A DNA stretch of 64,000 nt from an uncultured delta proteobacterium (GTDB taxonomy: Bacteria > Myxococcota > Myxococcia > Myxococcales > Myxococcaceae). The DNA lies in NCBI GenBank assembly GCA_963796055.1, contig CAWCKH010000004.1, positions 352,001 to 416,000 on the forward strand, read 5' to 3'. Below, one piece after another: positions 21,109 through 30,257 of the stretch (its first letter is position 1; each line of letters opens with the position of its first letter). Position numbers and translations under genes: made by a program. Below the pieces are notes generated by a model. It was not told the DNA's origin and made no database searches. It worked only from the letters and a program-made list of their open reading frames with translations.

Positions 21109-21812
21109 GCCGGCCGATCCGCGGCGAGCATGTAGCCCACGCCACGCACGGTGATCAGCCACCGTGGAGCCCGGGCGTCGTCCCCCAGCTTCGCCCGGAG
21201 GTGCGAGACGTGCACGTCGATGCTCCGATCGAACGCGTCCTCGGCACTGCCGCAGACCAGATCCAGGAGCTGCTCCCGGCTGAGCACCCGTCCGGCGCGC
21301 TCGGCGAGGGCCCGGAGCAGGTTGAACTCGTAGGTGGTGAGCCCGAGCTCCACGCTCCCCAAGGTCACCCGCATCGCCGCCGGATCGACGGTGAGCGGGC
21401 CCACGATGATCGGGCGGTTCGAGGGACCAGCGCGGCCGCGCGAGCGCCGGGCCTGGGCGCGGATGCGCGCCAGCAGCTCGCGGGAGCTGAAGGGCTTGGG
21501 GACGTAGTCGTCGGCCCCGGCCTCCAGGCCGAGGACCCGGTCCGCCTCCTCGCCGCGGGCGGTGACCATGATGATCGGCACGTCCGCCCGGAAGCGGAGC
21601 TGCCGGCAGAGCTCGACCCCGTCGAGCTGCGGGAGCATGAGGTCGAGCAGCACCACGTCGGGCCACACCCGCAGCGTCTGGGCCAGCCCCTCGCGACCGT
21701 CCGCGGCGAGCGTGACCACCACCCCGTGCGACTCCAGATAACGCTGGGTCAGGCGGGCCAGCCGCTCGTCGTCCTCGACGTACACCACCGAGATGTGCTC
21801 GGGCACGGTCAT
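21105..21812 (-). CDS. OmpR-family response regulator
   Basis: VEDD, LDLMLP, GADDYVPKPF, DRSIDVHVSHLRAKL, TVRGVGY. Confidence 0.95.
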   Translation of the reverse strand: MTVPEHISVVYVEDDERLARLTQRYLESHGVVVTLAADGREGLAQTLRVWPDVVLLDLMLPQLDGVELCRQLRFRADVPIIMVTARGEEADRVLGLEAGADDYVPKPFSSRELLARIRAQARRSRGRAGPSNRPIIVGPLTVDPAAMRVTLGSVELGLTTYEFNLLRALAERAGRVLSREQLLDLVCGSAEDAFDRSIDVHVSHLRAKLGDDARAPRWLITVRGVGYMLAADRPA

Positions 21813-21900
21813 CGGGCTCCCACCCTACCGCCTGGCGGCGCACCCCGGGACCCCGGAAACATGTCTTCACACGCCCCGAGGCGCTGGTACCGTCCGCGGG

Positions 21901-22839
21901 GTGGTGCCGGTCCTCCTCCTCGTGCTGCTGGACGCCGCCTCGCCCGACATGGTGTGCCTCGACCCGGGCGCGTGCACCCCGGTGACCCGGCTCGGCCGGC
22001 AGGGAAGCGTGGGCGTCGTCCGCCACACCGAGCGGCTGCCGGCGCGGATCGACCCCGGGGCGCCGTTCGCCGCCTGGATGACCTGGCCCAGGGCACCCGA
22101 GGCGGTGCGCCGGCGGGTGGAGCAAGGCCAGCCGGTGGAGCTACGCGCGGTCCTCCCGGCGGCGCGGCTGCGGCTGTCGATCGCCCCGGGGCTGGTCACC
22201 GAGGGGGAGCCGCCGGGTGTCCTCGCCTTTCTCTCGGCCGATCCGCTCGCGGGCGGAAACGAGCCGCCGGCGCTTCCCGAGCCGGTCGCCGCGGCCGAGT
22301 CGCTGGAGCTGCTCGGGCCGACACAGAAGAGCGAGGTCGGGCGGTGGCGCGCCGCTGCGGCCAGCTGGCAGTCACGGCTCGCGAGAGAGTGGGCCGCCTT
22401 CACCCGCGGGCCCAGGACCGCCTCGGTCCGGACGAAGCTCCTGGACACTCTGGGCGCGGCGCCGGCGCCGCTGCATCCCGAGCAGTTCCTCACCGAGGCG
22501 CAACGCACCGAGCTGCGCCGGCGGGGCCACGCGCTCGAGGGCCGCATCCTGGTCGAGGACCTCCCCGGGGACGCGTACCGGCTCCGCGTCGAGGGCGTGC
22601 CGCTCGACCAGCTGGTGGAGGACTGGAACGCGGGCCTGCACGGGCTCGTGGGCCGGCTGGAGCGGGTGCCCCGGCCCCGGTTCCAGGTGCGACCGGGCCA
22701 TCGGCACGACGAGGTGAGCTTCACGCTCGACGTCCGCTCGGACGTGGACGAGATGCGGGTGTCGCAGGTGGCACGGAGGCTCCGGGAGATCCCGGGCCTG
22801 GAGCTGGACGGGACGGACCTTCCGCCGCCGGGCCTGTAA
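21901..22839 (+). CDS. Exported hypothetical protein
   Basis: GTG start with hydrophobic N-terminus VVPVLLLVLL; first gene of a co-oriented trio. Confidence 0.65.
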   Translation: MVPVLLLVLLDAASPDMVCLDPGACTPVTRLGRQGSVGVVRHTERLPARIDPGAPFAAWMTWPRAPEAVRRRVEQGQPVELRAVLPAARLRLSIAPGLVTEGEPPGVLAFLSADPLAGGNEPPALPEPVAAAESLELLGPTQKSEVGRWRAAAASWQSRLAREWAAFTRGPRTASVRTKLLDTLGAAPAPLHPEQFLTEAQRTELRRRGHALEGRILVEDLPGDAYRLRVEGVPLDQLVEDWNAGLHGLVGRLERVPRPRFQVRPGHRHDEVSFTLDVRSDVDEMRVSQVARRLREIPGLELDGTDLPPPGL

Positions 22840-22853
22840 ACTTGGCGGCACGC

Positions 22854-24914
22854 ATGCTCTGCCCCCTCGTGGTCTCGCTGCTGGTCGGCGCGACCCCCGC
22901 ACCGGCGCGCTTCGACCAGGCCGGGCGGAGCATCGGCCCCCCGCTGAGCGATCGCACGGCGAGCTACGTGCTCGAGGCGCGCTACGACCCGGCGACCCGG
23001 CGCGTCGTCGGGACGGCCCGGCTCACCTGGACCAACCGCTCCGACCTCCCCCAGCCCACGCTCTGGTTCCACGCGTACTGGAACGCCTTCAAGAACGCCG
23101 ACAGCACCTTCTCCAGGGAGGCGACCCGGTCCGGCGGCTCGCGCTCGGGCACCGGCGACTACCGTCGTGACGACTGGGGCTGGACCGAGCTCCGCTCGGC
23201 GCGACTCCCGGACGGCACCGACGTGCGCCCCACCCTGCGCTGGGAGCAGCCCGACGACGGCAACGCCGCCGACCAGACGGTCTTCACCCTCACCCTGCCC
23301 GCGCCGGTGCCGCCGCACGGGACGCTCGTCCTGGACCTGGCGTGGGAGGCGCGGGTGCCCAAGCTGGCCGCGCGCACCGGCGTCGCCGGCAAGTACGCCC
23401 TCTTCGGCCAGTGGTTTCCGAAGCTGGGGGTGCTCGAGGTCCCCCCACAGCGCGGAGTGCGCACGCCCCGCTGGAACTGCCACCAGTTCCACGCCAGCAG
23501 CGAGTTCTACGCCGACTTCGGCAGCTACGACGCCGCGCTCACCGTTCCACGCGCCCTGGTGGTCGGCGCCACGGGGGTGCGCACCGGCCGCACCGAGAAC
23601 CCGGACGGCACCGTCACCCACCACTTCCACCAGGACGACGTCATCGACTTCGCCTGGACCGCGTGGGAGGGCGCGGTGGAGGTGAGCGACGTCTTCCGGA
23701 GCGATGGACTGCCCGAGGTGGCGCTCACCGCGCTCGTCCCGAAGGACGCGCAGCGGAGCGCGCCGCAGATCCTCGCCGCCGCCAGGGCGACACTCGAGCA
23801 CGGCGGACGGAAGTGGCTGCCGTACCCCTACCCTCATCTCACGCTGGTCGCGCCCCCCGTCGGCTCCAACATCGAGTCGGGCGGGATGGAATACCCCACC
23901 TTCGTCACCGTGTACTCTCGGACCGACCCCGCTCCGCCGCGCGATGCCCTGCTCTGGGAGGTGGCGGTCCACGAGGTCGGGCACGGATGGTGGCAGGGGA
24001 TGCTCGCCTCGAACGAGTTCGAGGAGGCCTGGCTCGACGAGGGGGTCGACACCTGGGCCACCATGGAGGTGCTCGATGGCGTGGGGCTGGAGTGGGACCT
24101 CGCCCAGCTCGCGCCGCCCGGCGCCCGGTGGCTGCTCGCGCCCTTGCTGCGCTCGTCCATTCCCGACCGCGAGATCCGCGGGCGGAGCGCCGGCCCGCGC
24201 TACCAGTCCTCCATCGTGCGCCCGGGCTGGCGCTTCAAGGGTGCCAACGACGTGGGCCGAAGCACCTACGGCCGCGCCGCGGCAGCGCTGCAGATGCTCG
24301 AGCGCGAGGTGGGCCGGGAAGTCTTCGCCCGCATCATGCGCGCCTATGCCGAGCGCTGGGCCTTCCGGCATCCGGGCACCGACGATTTTCTGGAGACCGC
24401 CTCGGAGGTGGGCGGAAGTGACCTCCGGCCGCTCGGGAATGCGCTCCTTCGTGGCACGGCCGGGCTCGAGGACGCGGTGGCCGAGCTGCGCTGCACCGAC
24501 GTGCCCGCGGGCGGAGGACCCGGCCTGTTCGACGTGGACGGCGGGACGCCGACGTTCCGGCCCGCGGCCCGACCTGGCGGGGCGGGCACCGAGGCGCGGT
24601 GCGAGGTGCTGGTGGAGCGGCACGGCGACCTCGCGCTCCCCCTCCAGACGAGGCTCATCTTCCAGGACGGGACGGAGATCCGCCGGGACGTGGCGGACGG
24701 CGAGCGCTGGTGCCGGATCACCACCCAGCGGGCCCTGCCCGGGGGGCGGGTGACCCTGGCGGAGGTCCACCCGGGCGCGCCGCCACCGCTCGACCAGATT
24801 CCGGTGAACGACGCGCGCTCGCTCGCCGCCACGCCCGGCCCGGCGCTCGGCGTGGCCGGATGGCTCCTCTACACCGCGCAGCTGCTCGCCGCGGCAGTGG
24901 GGTCGCTCCTGTGA
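22854..24914 (+). CDS. M1 family aminopeptidase, exported, with C-terminal hydrophobic segment
   Basis: GGMEYP, HEVGH...EAWLDEG, signal peptide. Confidence 0.9.
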   Translation: MLCPLVVSLLVGATPAPARFDQAGRSIGPPLSDRTASYVLEARYDPATRRVVGTARLTWTNRSDLPQPTLWFHAYWNAFKNADSTFSREATRSGGSRSGTGDYRRDDWGWTELRSARLPDGTDVRPTLRWEQPDDGNAADQTVFTLTLPAPVPPHGTLVLDLAWEARVPKLAARTGVAGKYALFGQWFPKLGVLEVPPQRGVRTPRWNCHQFHASSEFYADFGSYDAALTVPRALVVGATGVRTGRTENPDGTVTHHFHQDDVIDFAWTAWEGAVEVSDVFRSDGLPEVALTALVPKDAQRSAPQILAAARATLEHGGRKWLPYPYPHLTLVAPPVGSNIESGGMEYPTFVTVYSRTDPAPPRDALLWEVAVHEVGHGWWQGMLASNEFEEAWLDEGVDTWATMEVLDGVGLEWDLAQLAPPGARWLLAPLLRSSIPDREIRGRSAGPRYQSSIVRPGWRFKGANDVGRSTYGRAAAALQMLEREVGREVFARIMRAYAERWAFRHPGTDDFLETASEVGGSDLRPLGNALLRGTAGLEDAVAELRCTDVPAGGGPGLFDVDGGTPTFRPAARPGGAGTEARCEVLVERHGDLALPLQTRLIFQDGTEIRRDVADGERWCRITTQRALPGGRVTLAEVHPGAPPPLDQIPVNDARSLAATPGPALGVAGWLLYTAQLLAAAVGSLL

Positions 24915-25840
24915 ATCGCCTGCTCGACGCGGTCCGCGCGGGCGCCCGCGAGTGGCGGACGGTGGCGGTGCTCCTCTGCGCCAACTGGCTGGTCGCTGTC
25001 CTGATGATCGCCCCGGCAATTCCGGGGGTGGTGGATGCGTTCGGGCACGCGCCCCGGGCCGCGGGGAAGCCGCTGCTCTCCGTCGAGCTGCTGCTCGAGC
25101 TCGGGCCGCTGCTCCAGCGTGGAGGGATGCCGTCGGTGGCCGCACCGCTGCTGCTCCTGGTCGTGCTGCAGACCTTCCTCGTCGGCGGCGTGGTGTGGCG
25201 GGCATGCGCGGGTGGACCGTTCCGCCTGGGACCCTTCTTCGGCCAGTCGGGGCGGCTGGTGGGCCGCAACGCTCGGCTCTACCTGTGGCTCCTCCTGCTG
25301 CTGGTCCCCGCGGCGCTGATTCCCGCCGCGCTCGCCGTGGGAATGCATGCGATCGGGCTGCCGACCCTCTTCACCATTCCGGGCGAGACCTGGCTCTTCG
25401 GTCGCCCCTTCACCGCGGCGAGCGTGGCCCACCTCGGCGTGGTGACGCTCGCGCTGGCGCTGTGGAGGCTGTCGCTCGAGGTGGGACGGGTGCTGCTCTT
25501 CCGCGATGATCTTCGCTCGACGCGCCGGGCGGCCTGGCGCGCAGTGCGGATGGTGCTCCGGGCGCCGAGGTCGATCGTGCTCTACGCGGTGCTCGGAGCG
25601 CTGGCGACGGCGGCGGTGCTCCTCGCCGCGCGCGGGCGGGCGGCGCTCCCCGAGGGGAACGGCGGGCTCGCAGTGCTCGCGCTGGGCATGGGACAGCTGG
25701 TGCTCTGGCTCCGTCTTGCCTTCCAGGTGGCGGGGACGCGCTTCGCGGCGGCGCTGGTCGAGCAGGCCGACGCGGCGCCGGTGGCGCTCCCCGCGGTGTC
25801 TCCCCCGGAAAGCCCATTGCTCGACGCTCCGCCGGGCTGA
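24911..25840 (+). CDS. Integral membrane hypothetical protein
   Basis: GTGA overlap with the peptidase stop; about 6 TM helices. Confidence 0.75.
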   Translation: MNRLLDAVRAGAREWRTVAVLLCANWLVAVLMIAPAIPGVVDAFGHAPRAAGKPLLSVELLLELGPLLQRGGMPSVAAPLLLLVVLQTFLVGGVVWRACAGGPFRLGPFFGQSGRLVGRNARLYLWLLLLLVPAALIPAALAVGMHAIGLPTLFTIPGETWLFGRPFTAASVAHLGVVTLALALWRLSLEVGRVLLFRDDLRSTRRAAWRAVRMVLRAPRSIVLYAVLGALATAAVLLAARGRAALPEGNGGLAVLALGMGQLVLWLRLAFQVAGTRFAAALVEQADAAPVALPAVSPPESPLLDAPPG

Positions 25841-26018
25841 CAGGCCAGTCCACACCTCTCGACGTCGCCGGGGCGTGGTTACCGTTCCTTGTGCCGAATG
25901 CGCCCTCAGCAGCAATCGACTGTCAACACCCAGACCATTTGCCTCGCCGCACCGGAACAACGTCCCTTCCGGGTGTCATCCCGCTGTCCTCCAGTCCGCC
26001 GCCGGGAGGGGCGAGTCG

Positions 26019-26345
26019 ATGCGGCTGAACGTCGGCAAACGGTTCGGCGTCCACGTGCGAGCGCTTCGACACGCTCGCCAGCTCACCCAGGAAGGGCTCG
26101 CCGAGCGGAGCGCGCTCTCGGTGGATGCGGTGCGCCGGATCGAGCGCGGCGCCTTCTCTCCCTCGCTGGAGACGGTGAACAAGCTCGCCACCGGGCTGGA
26201 CGTCTCCCTGCGCACCCTGTTCAACGACTTCGATCGCGACCGGCGCGACCAGGTCGCCGAGCTCTGCGACTACCTGGGAACGCGGAACAAGACCGAGCTG
26301 CGGATGGTGTGGCGGGTCATCCGCGCGATGTTCGAGGAGGTCTGA
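26019..26345 (+). CDS. XRE/Cro-C1 helix-turn-helix regulator
   Basis: LTQEGLAERSALSVDAVRRIERG..PSLETV; GGAGG upstream of ATG 26019. Confidence 0.88.
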   Translation: MRLNVGKRFGVHVRALRHARQLTQEGLAERSALSVDAVRRIERGAFSPSLETVNKLATGLDVSLRTLFNDFDRDRRDQVAELCDYLGTRNKTELRMVWRVIRAMFEEV

Positions 26346-27627
26346 CCTCGGCGGGCGCGCGGACGGTGAAGCCCACCCGGGCGCCTCCCTCGGTCCGGTT
26401 CTCGGCGAACGCGCTGCCGCCGTGTGCCTCGGCGATGCGCCGGACCAGCGCCAGGCCGAGGCCCAGCCCGTCGCTGGTCTCGCCGCGCTGGAACGGGGCG
26501 AAGGCGCGCTCGCCGGCGTCGGGAAGGCCCGGTCCGGCGTCCTCCACCGAGAAGCGCACCACCCCATCGGGCGCATCCACCCGGAGCCGCGTCACTCCTC
26601 CGCCGTGGACCCGCGCGTTCTCCAGGAGGTTCGACAGGGCCCGCTGGAGCAAGGTCGGATCGCCCTCGAGCGACAGCGGCGCGGACTCCACCTCCAGGAG
26701 CGCCGCCGGCAGCGCCGCCCGCTCCAGGGCACGCGTCCCGAGGTCACCGGCGTCCAGCGGCAGGCGAGCCATGGCGGTGAAGTCGAGGCGGGCGGAGGCG
26801 AGCAGCTCGCCCACCAGCGCGTCCATCTCCAGCACCTCGTGCTCGAGCTGATCGAGCACCGAGCCGTCGCCACCGCGCCCCAGCTCGAGCAGGAGGCGGA
26901 CGCGGGCCAGTGGGGTGCGCAGCTCGTGGCTCACCGCCGCCAGGAGCTCGCGCTGGTCCTTCAGCTGCCGCTCGATCCGCTCCGCCATCCCGTTCATCAC
27001 CTCGGCCAGCGAGCGGACCTCGCCGCGGGCGAACCGCACGTCGAACCGGCTCTGGAGCCGCCCCTCGCCGAGGTCGCGGGCCACGCGGGTGAGCTCCTCC
27101 AGCGGCCAGGCCAGCTTCCAGGCGATGCGGCCGGACATCGCCCAGAGCATCGCCAGCGCCACGCTGAGCGCGAGGAGCGCCGTCCAGCCGGCCCATCCGT
27201 TGCGCGGCCACGGCTGCACCCGCACCACGCCCACCGTCTCCCCGCCCTGGACGACCGGGGTGCTCGCGGTCCAGCGCCGCGCGGGTGGACCGAAGCGGCC
27301 CAGCTGCTGCCCGTGGGGGTCCTCGAGCTGCACCGCCCAGCCGAGCTGCTGCGAGAGCTCCGAGGCCCAGGCGTCTCGCTCGCGGGGATCGGACCACACC
27401 CGCGCCGCCTGGGCGCCGATGAGCGCCTGCACGTTCCCCCACTGCGCCCGCGCCGAGGGGCCGCGCAGCCGCTCCACGGCGGCGGTCACCGCGGAGACGA
27501 CCAGGGCGGTCATCAGGATGGAGATGCCGAACCAGAGAAACAGCCGGCGCTGCAGCTTGGCCCGGCCTCTCCAGTCAAAGCGCCTTGGCCAGCCCCGGCG
27601 GTGTCCCGGATGGCAGGGCGGAACCAT
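26317..27627 (-). CDS. HAMP-domain sensor histidine kinase
   Basis: Two TMs, HAMP, VSHELRTPL, NLLENA, GLGLGL. Confidence 0.9.
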   Translation of the reverse strand: MVPPCHPGHRRGWPRRFDWRGRAKLQRRLFLWFGISILMTALVVSAVTAAVERLRGPSARAQWGNVQALIGAQAARVWSDPRERDAWASELSQQLGWAVQLEDPHGQQLGRFGPPARRWTASTPVVQGGETVGVVRVQPWPRNGWAGWTALLALSVALAMLWAMSGRIAWKLAWPLEELTRVARDLGEGRLQSRFDVRFARGEVRSLAEVMNGMAERIERQLKDQRELLAAVSHELRTPLARVRLLLELGRGGDGSVLDQLEHEVLEMDALVGELLASARLDFTAMARLPLDAGDLGTRALERAALPAALLEVESAPLSLEGDPTLLQRALSNLLENARVHGGGVTRLRVDAPDGVVRFSVEDAGPGLPDAGERAFAPFQRGETSDGLGLGLALVRRIAEAHGGSAFAENRTEGGARVGFTVRAPAEVRPPRTSRG

Positions 27628-27630
27628 GGC

Positions 27631-28314
27631 CTACTGCTCCCGGCTGAGCACGTAGCCCACCCCGCGCACCGTCTTGATGCGCCGGGGAGAGCGCGGGTCA
27701 TCGCCGAGCTTCGCCCGGAGGTGCGAGATGTGGACGTCCACCGTGCGCTCGCCGACCACCACGTCGCTCCGCCCGGCCTCGGCGAGCAGCGCGTCGCGGG
27801 GGATGACCCGTCCGGCCCGGCGCATCAGAGCGACCAGGATGTCGAACTCCAGGCCGGTGAGCTCCACCGCCTTGCCTTCCACCAGGACCTGCCGGCAGCC
27901 CACGTCCACCTGCACGTCGGCGACCGCGAGCTTCTCGCTCACCGCCTCCGGGGCGCTGCGGCGGAGCACCGCCCGCAGGCGGGCGAGCAGCTCGCGGGGG
28001 CTGAAGGGCTTGGGCACGTAGTCGTCGGCACCGATCTCCAGCCCCACCACCCGGTCCGTCTCGTCGCCCTTGGCGGTGAGCATCAGGATGGGCACCCGGC
28101 TCCGGGTGCGGATGCGCCGGAGCACCTCCAACCCGTCCATGCCCGGGAGCATGATGTCCAGGAGCACGGCGTCGAAGGCGGAGGCGTCCAGGGCCTGGAT
28201 GCCGCTCGCTCCGTCGTAGGCCGGCGTCACCTGGACGCCGTTCTGCCCGAGCCAGCTGACCAGTAATTCCTGGAGCCGGCGGTCGTCATCGATGCACAGC
28301 ACCCGGACGGACAT
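27631..28314 (-). CDS. OmpR/CpxR-like response regulator
   Basis: IDDD, LDIMLPGMDG, GADDYVPKPF, TVRGVGY. Confidence 0.95.
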   Translation of the reverse strand: MSVRVLCIDDDRRLQELLVSWLGQNGVQVTPAYDGASGIQALDASAFDAVLLDIMLPGMDGLEVLRRIRTRSRVPILMLTAKGDETDRVVGLEIGADDYVPKPFSPRELLARLRAVLRRSAPEAVSEKLAVADVQVDVGCRQVLVEGKAVELTGLEFDILVALMRRAGRVIPRDALLAEAGRSDVVVGERTVDVHISHLRAKLGDDPRSPRRIKTVRGVGYVLSREQ

Positions 28315-28329
28315 GGCGAGGCGACGAGT

Positions 28330-28533
28330 CTAACGTCCCGCCTCGTCGCCCGGCAGGAAGTGGGGGGACGGGCGCCCAGGGCCACCCCGGGCGGCCTCGA
28401 CGCAGAGCCCGGCCATGTGCCGCTCCCAGGCCAGGCGGCGCTCCCACCGGCGCATCCGGAGCGCGTGGAAGCCCGACCCGAAGCCGAGCAGGACGCCGGC
28501 GGTGAGGAGCGCGATGCGCAGATCCCGTCGCAT
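28330..28533 (-). CDS. Small single-TM hypothetical protein
   Basis: MRRDLRIALLTAGVLLGFGSGF...LCVEAAR; GAGG RBS; lies within the operon. Confidence 0.65.
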   Translation of the reverse strand: MRRDLRIALLTAGVLLGFGSGFHALRMRRWERRLAWERHMAGLCVEAARGGPGRPSPHFLPGDEAGR

Positions 28534-28545
28534 GGTCGTCCTCAC

Positions 28546-29037
28546 CTAGCTCCACCGCCGGCGCCAGCCGGAGGACAGGAGATCCGCCAGCTCGCCCCGC
28601 TGCCGCGGATCGAGCGCCTCGTGGACCCGAGCCGCCTGCCCGCGCAGCGTCTCGCGCACGGTCGCCATCCGCGCCTCCGCCCGGGCGAAGGCCTCCTCCA
28701 GGGCGCCCGCGTCGAAGGTCTCGCCCCGGATGCTGCGGGCGACGTCGGAGCGCATCCGCTCGGCGTCGTCGCGCCAGCCGTGGATCGTGCTGCGGAGCGC
28801 GTCGGCGGCCTCGGCGATCACCTTCTCCTGTCCGGGCGAGGTGTCCATGCGCTCGAACAGCCAGCGCAGGGGGCCGCGCCCGCCCGGACGACCCGGCCCG
28901 TCCCAGCCCTCGTGGCGCCATCCACCCCACCGGCCCCGGCCCCAACGGCCCGGGCCGTGGGCGTACGCCCAGCCACCACCGCGCATCGTCCGGGCGAGGA
29001 GATACAGACACGCCGCGCCCACCAGGAAACCCAACAT
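28546..29037 (-). CDS. Spy/CpxP-like (periplasmic heavy-metal sensor / LTXXQ-type) protein
   Basis: N-terminal hydrophobic stretch, Gly/Trp/Arg-rich linker, MDTSPGQEKVI...LDPRQR helical domain. Confidence 0.7.
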   Translation of the reverse strand: MLGFLVGAACLYLLARTMRGGGWAYAHGPGRWGRGRWGGWRHEGWDGPGRPGGRGPLRWLFERMDTSPGQEKVIAEAADALRSTIHGWRDDAERMRSDVARSIRGETFDAGALEEAFARAEARMATVRETLRGQAARVHEALDPRQRGELADLLSSGWRRRWS

Positions 29038-29126
29038 CGCTCGTCTTCTCCGGTCAGGGGCGACGGAAGTGCCGCCCACGCCTCCCAGACGTAAGAGGGC
29101 CGTGTGAAGCCGCCCCCCCTGCTGCG

Positions 29127-29141
29127 GTGAAGAAATGCAAA
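29127..29141. promoter_or_regulatory. CpxR-box-like direct repeat GTGAA-N5-GCAAA upstream of the Spy/CpxP-RR-HK operon
   Basis: gtgaagaaatgcaaa compared with the GTAAA-N5-GTAAA consensus. Confidence 0.4.
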
Positions 29142-29150
29142 CCCGGTCAG

Positions 29151-30257
29151 TTACCGGGGGGTGGAGGGCGCCCCGGCCTCGAGCCGCTCGGCCTGCTCGC
29201 GCAGCGAGGCGGACTGTGGTGGCAGGCGCACCCAGCCGGCGGTGTGCTCGGTCCGGGCGTACCACTCCGCCCCGGCGCGCCCGAGCTCCACGAATCCGAG
29301 CGGTTTGCGGTCGCGCACGTACTCGACGCGGAGGGCGATGGTGGGCGTGCCCTCCCGCGGCATCTCGCCGCGCCCCAGCACCTCCAGCGGCGCGAGCCGC
29401 CACACCCGGTCCGCCAGGGCGGTGGCGTCCGGGCTCGGGGCATCCGGGTTCTCGGCCGGGGCGACGCGGGTCGTCCCCTGCGCCCGGCGAACGACGAAGG
29501 CCCGGGTGCGCCCGTCCAGCTGGAGCTGCAGCGCATCCGGCTCGTCCGAGCGGAACGCATGGAGCCGCCGGTCGACCAGCCGGCTCGACGCCGCGGAGAG
29601 GTCCTGCACCAGCGATTCCTGGACGAGCCACAGGTGTCCATCGGGCGCGAGCAGATACGCGCCGGCGGCACCCGGCGGGGTGGAGACGGCGAAGGCGAGC
29701 GTGCGCGCCGGGCCGGACGGGCCCGCTCCGGTCTCGAGCTCGAGCCGCTTGCTCGAGGCCTCGAGCCCGAGCGCGGCGCGGCGTGCGGGGGTGACGGCGC
29801 CCAGGTCCCGGGTGGCCATCGGCGGGGAGACCCGATCGAGGAGCTGCTCGGCCGTCTCGTTCCCGCGGAGGTCGCGCGGCGGTGGAGGTGGTGCTTCCCG
29901 GATGGCCCGGAGCGCGTCGGTCACCCCGGCATCGCCGCGGCCGCGCACACCGGCGTCGGCCCGGGCACCGGATCCGTCCAGGCCCGCATCGGACGACGTG
30001 CCTGGACCTGCGTCCGGCGGTTGCAGCGTGGGGCTGGTGGCGATGTGCACCCAGGCGGTCTGGTCGATGTCCCGGGTGACGGTCACCAGATGGCTGCCGT
30101 CGTCCCAGCGCACCCTCTTCACCTCGCCGCGGGCGAGCGCGGCAACTGGCACCTCGCCCGGAGCGCCCCGTGGCGGCGGACGGAGCCAGACCACCGTGGC
30201 CAGCGCCAGCGCGCCGGCAGCCACCGCGCCCTGCACCAGCACCGCTCGCCCTCTCAT
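29151..30257 (-). CDS. DUF4340-like membrane-anchored protein of the Gld-like ABC operon
   Basis: N-terminal TM, DAG-repeat linker, LVDRRL motif; last gene of the coupled operon. Confidence 0.6.
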   Translation of the reverse strand: MRGRAVLVQGAVAAGALALATVVWLRPPPRGAPGEVPVAALARGEVKRVRWDDGSHLVTVTRDIDQTAWVHIATSPTLQPPDAGPGTSSDAGLDGSGARADAGVRGRGDAGVTDALRAIREAPPPPPRDLRGNETAEQLLDRVSPPMATRDLGAVTPARRAALGLEASSKRLELETGAGPSGPARTLAFAVSTPPGAAGAYLLAPDGHLWLVQESLVQDLSAASSRLVDRRLHAFRSDEPDALQLQLDGRTRAFVVRRAQGTTRVAPAENPDAPSPDATALADRVWRLAPLEVLGRGEMPREGTPTIALRVEYVRDRKPLGFVELGRAGAEWYARTEHTAGWVRLPPQSASLREQAERLEAGAPSTPR

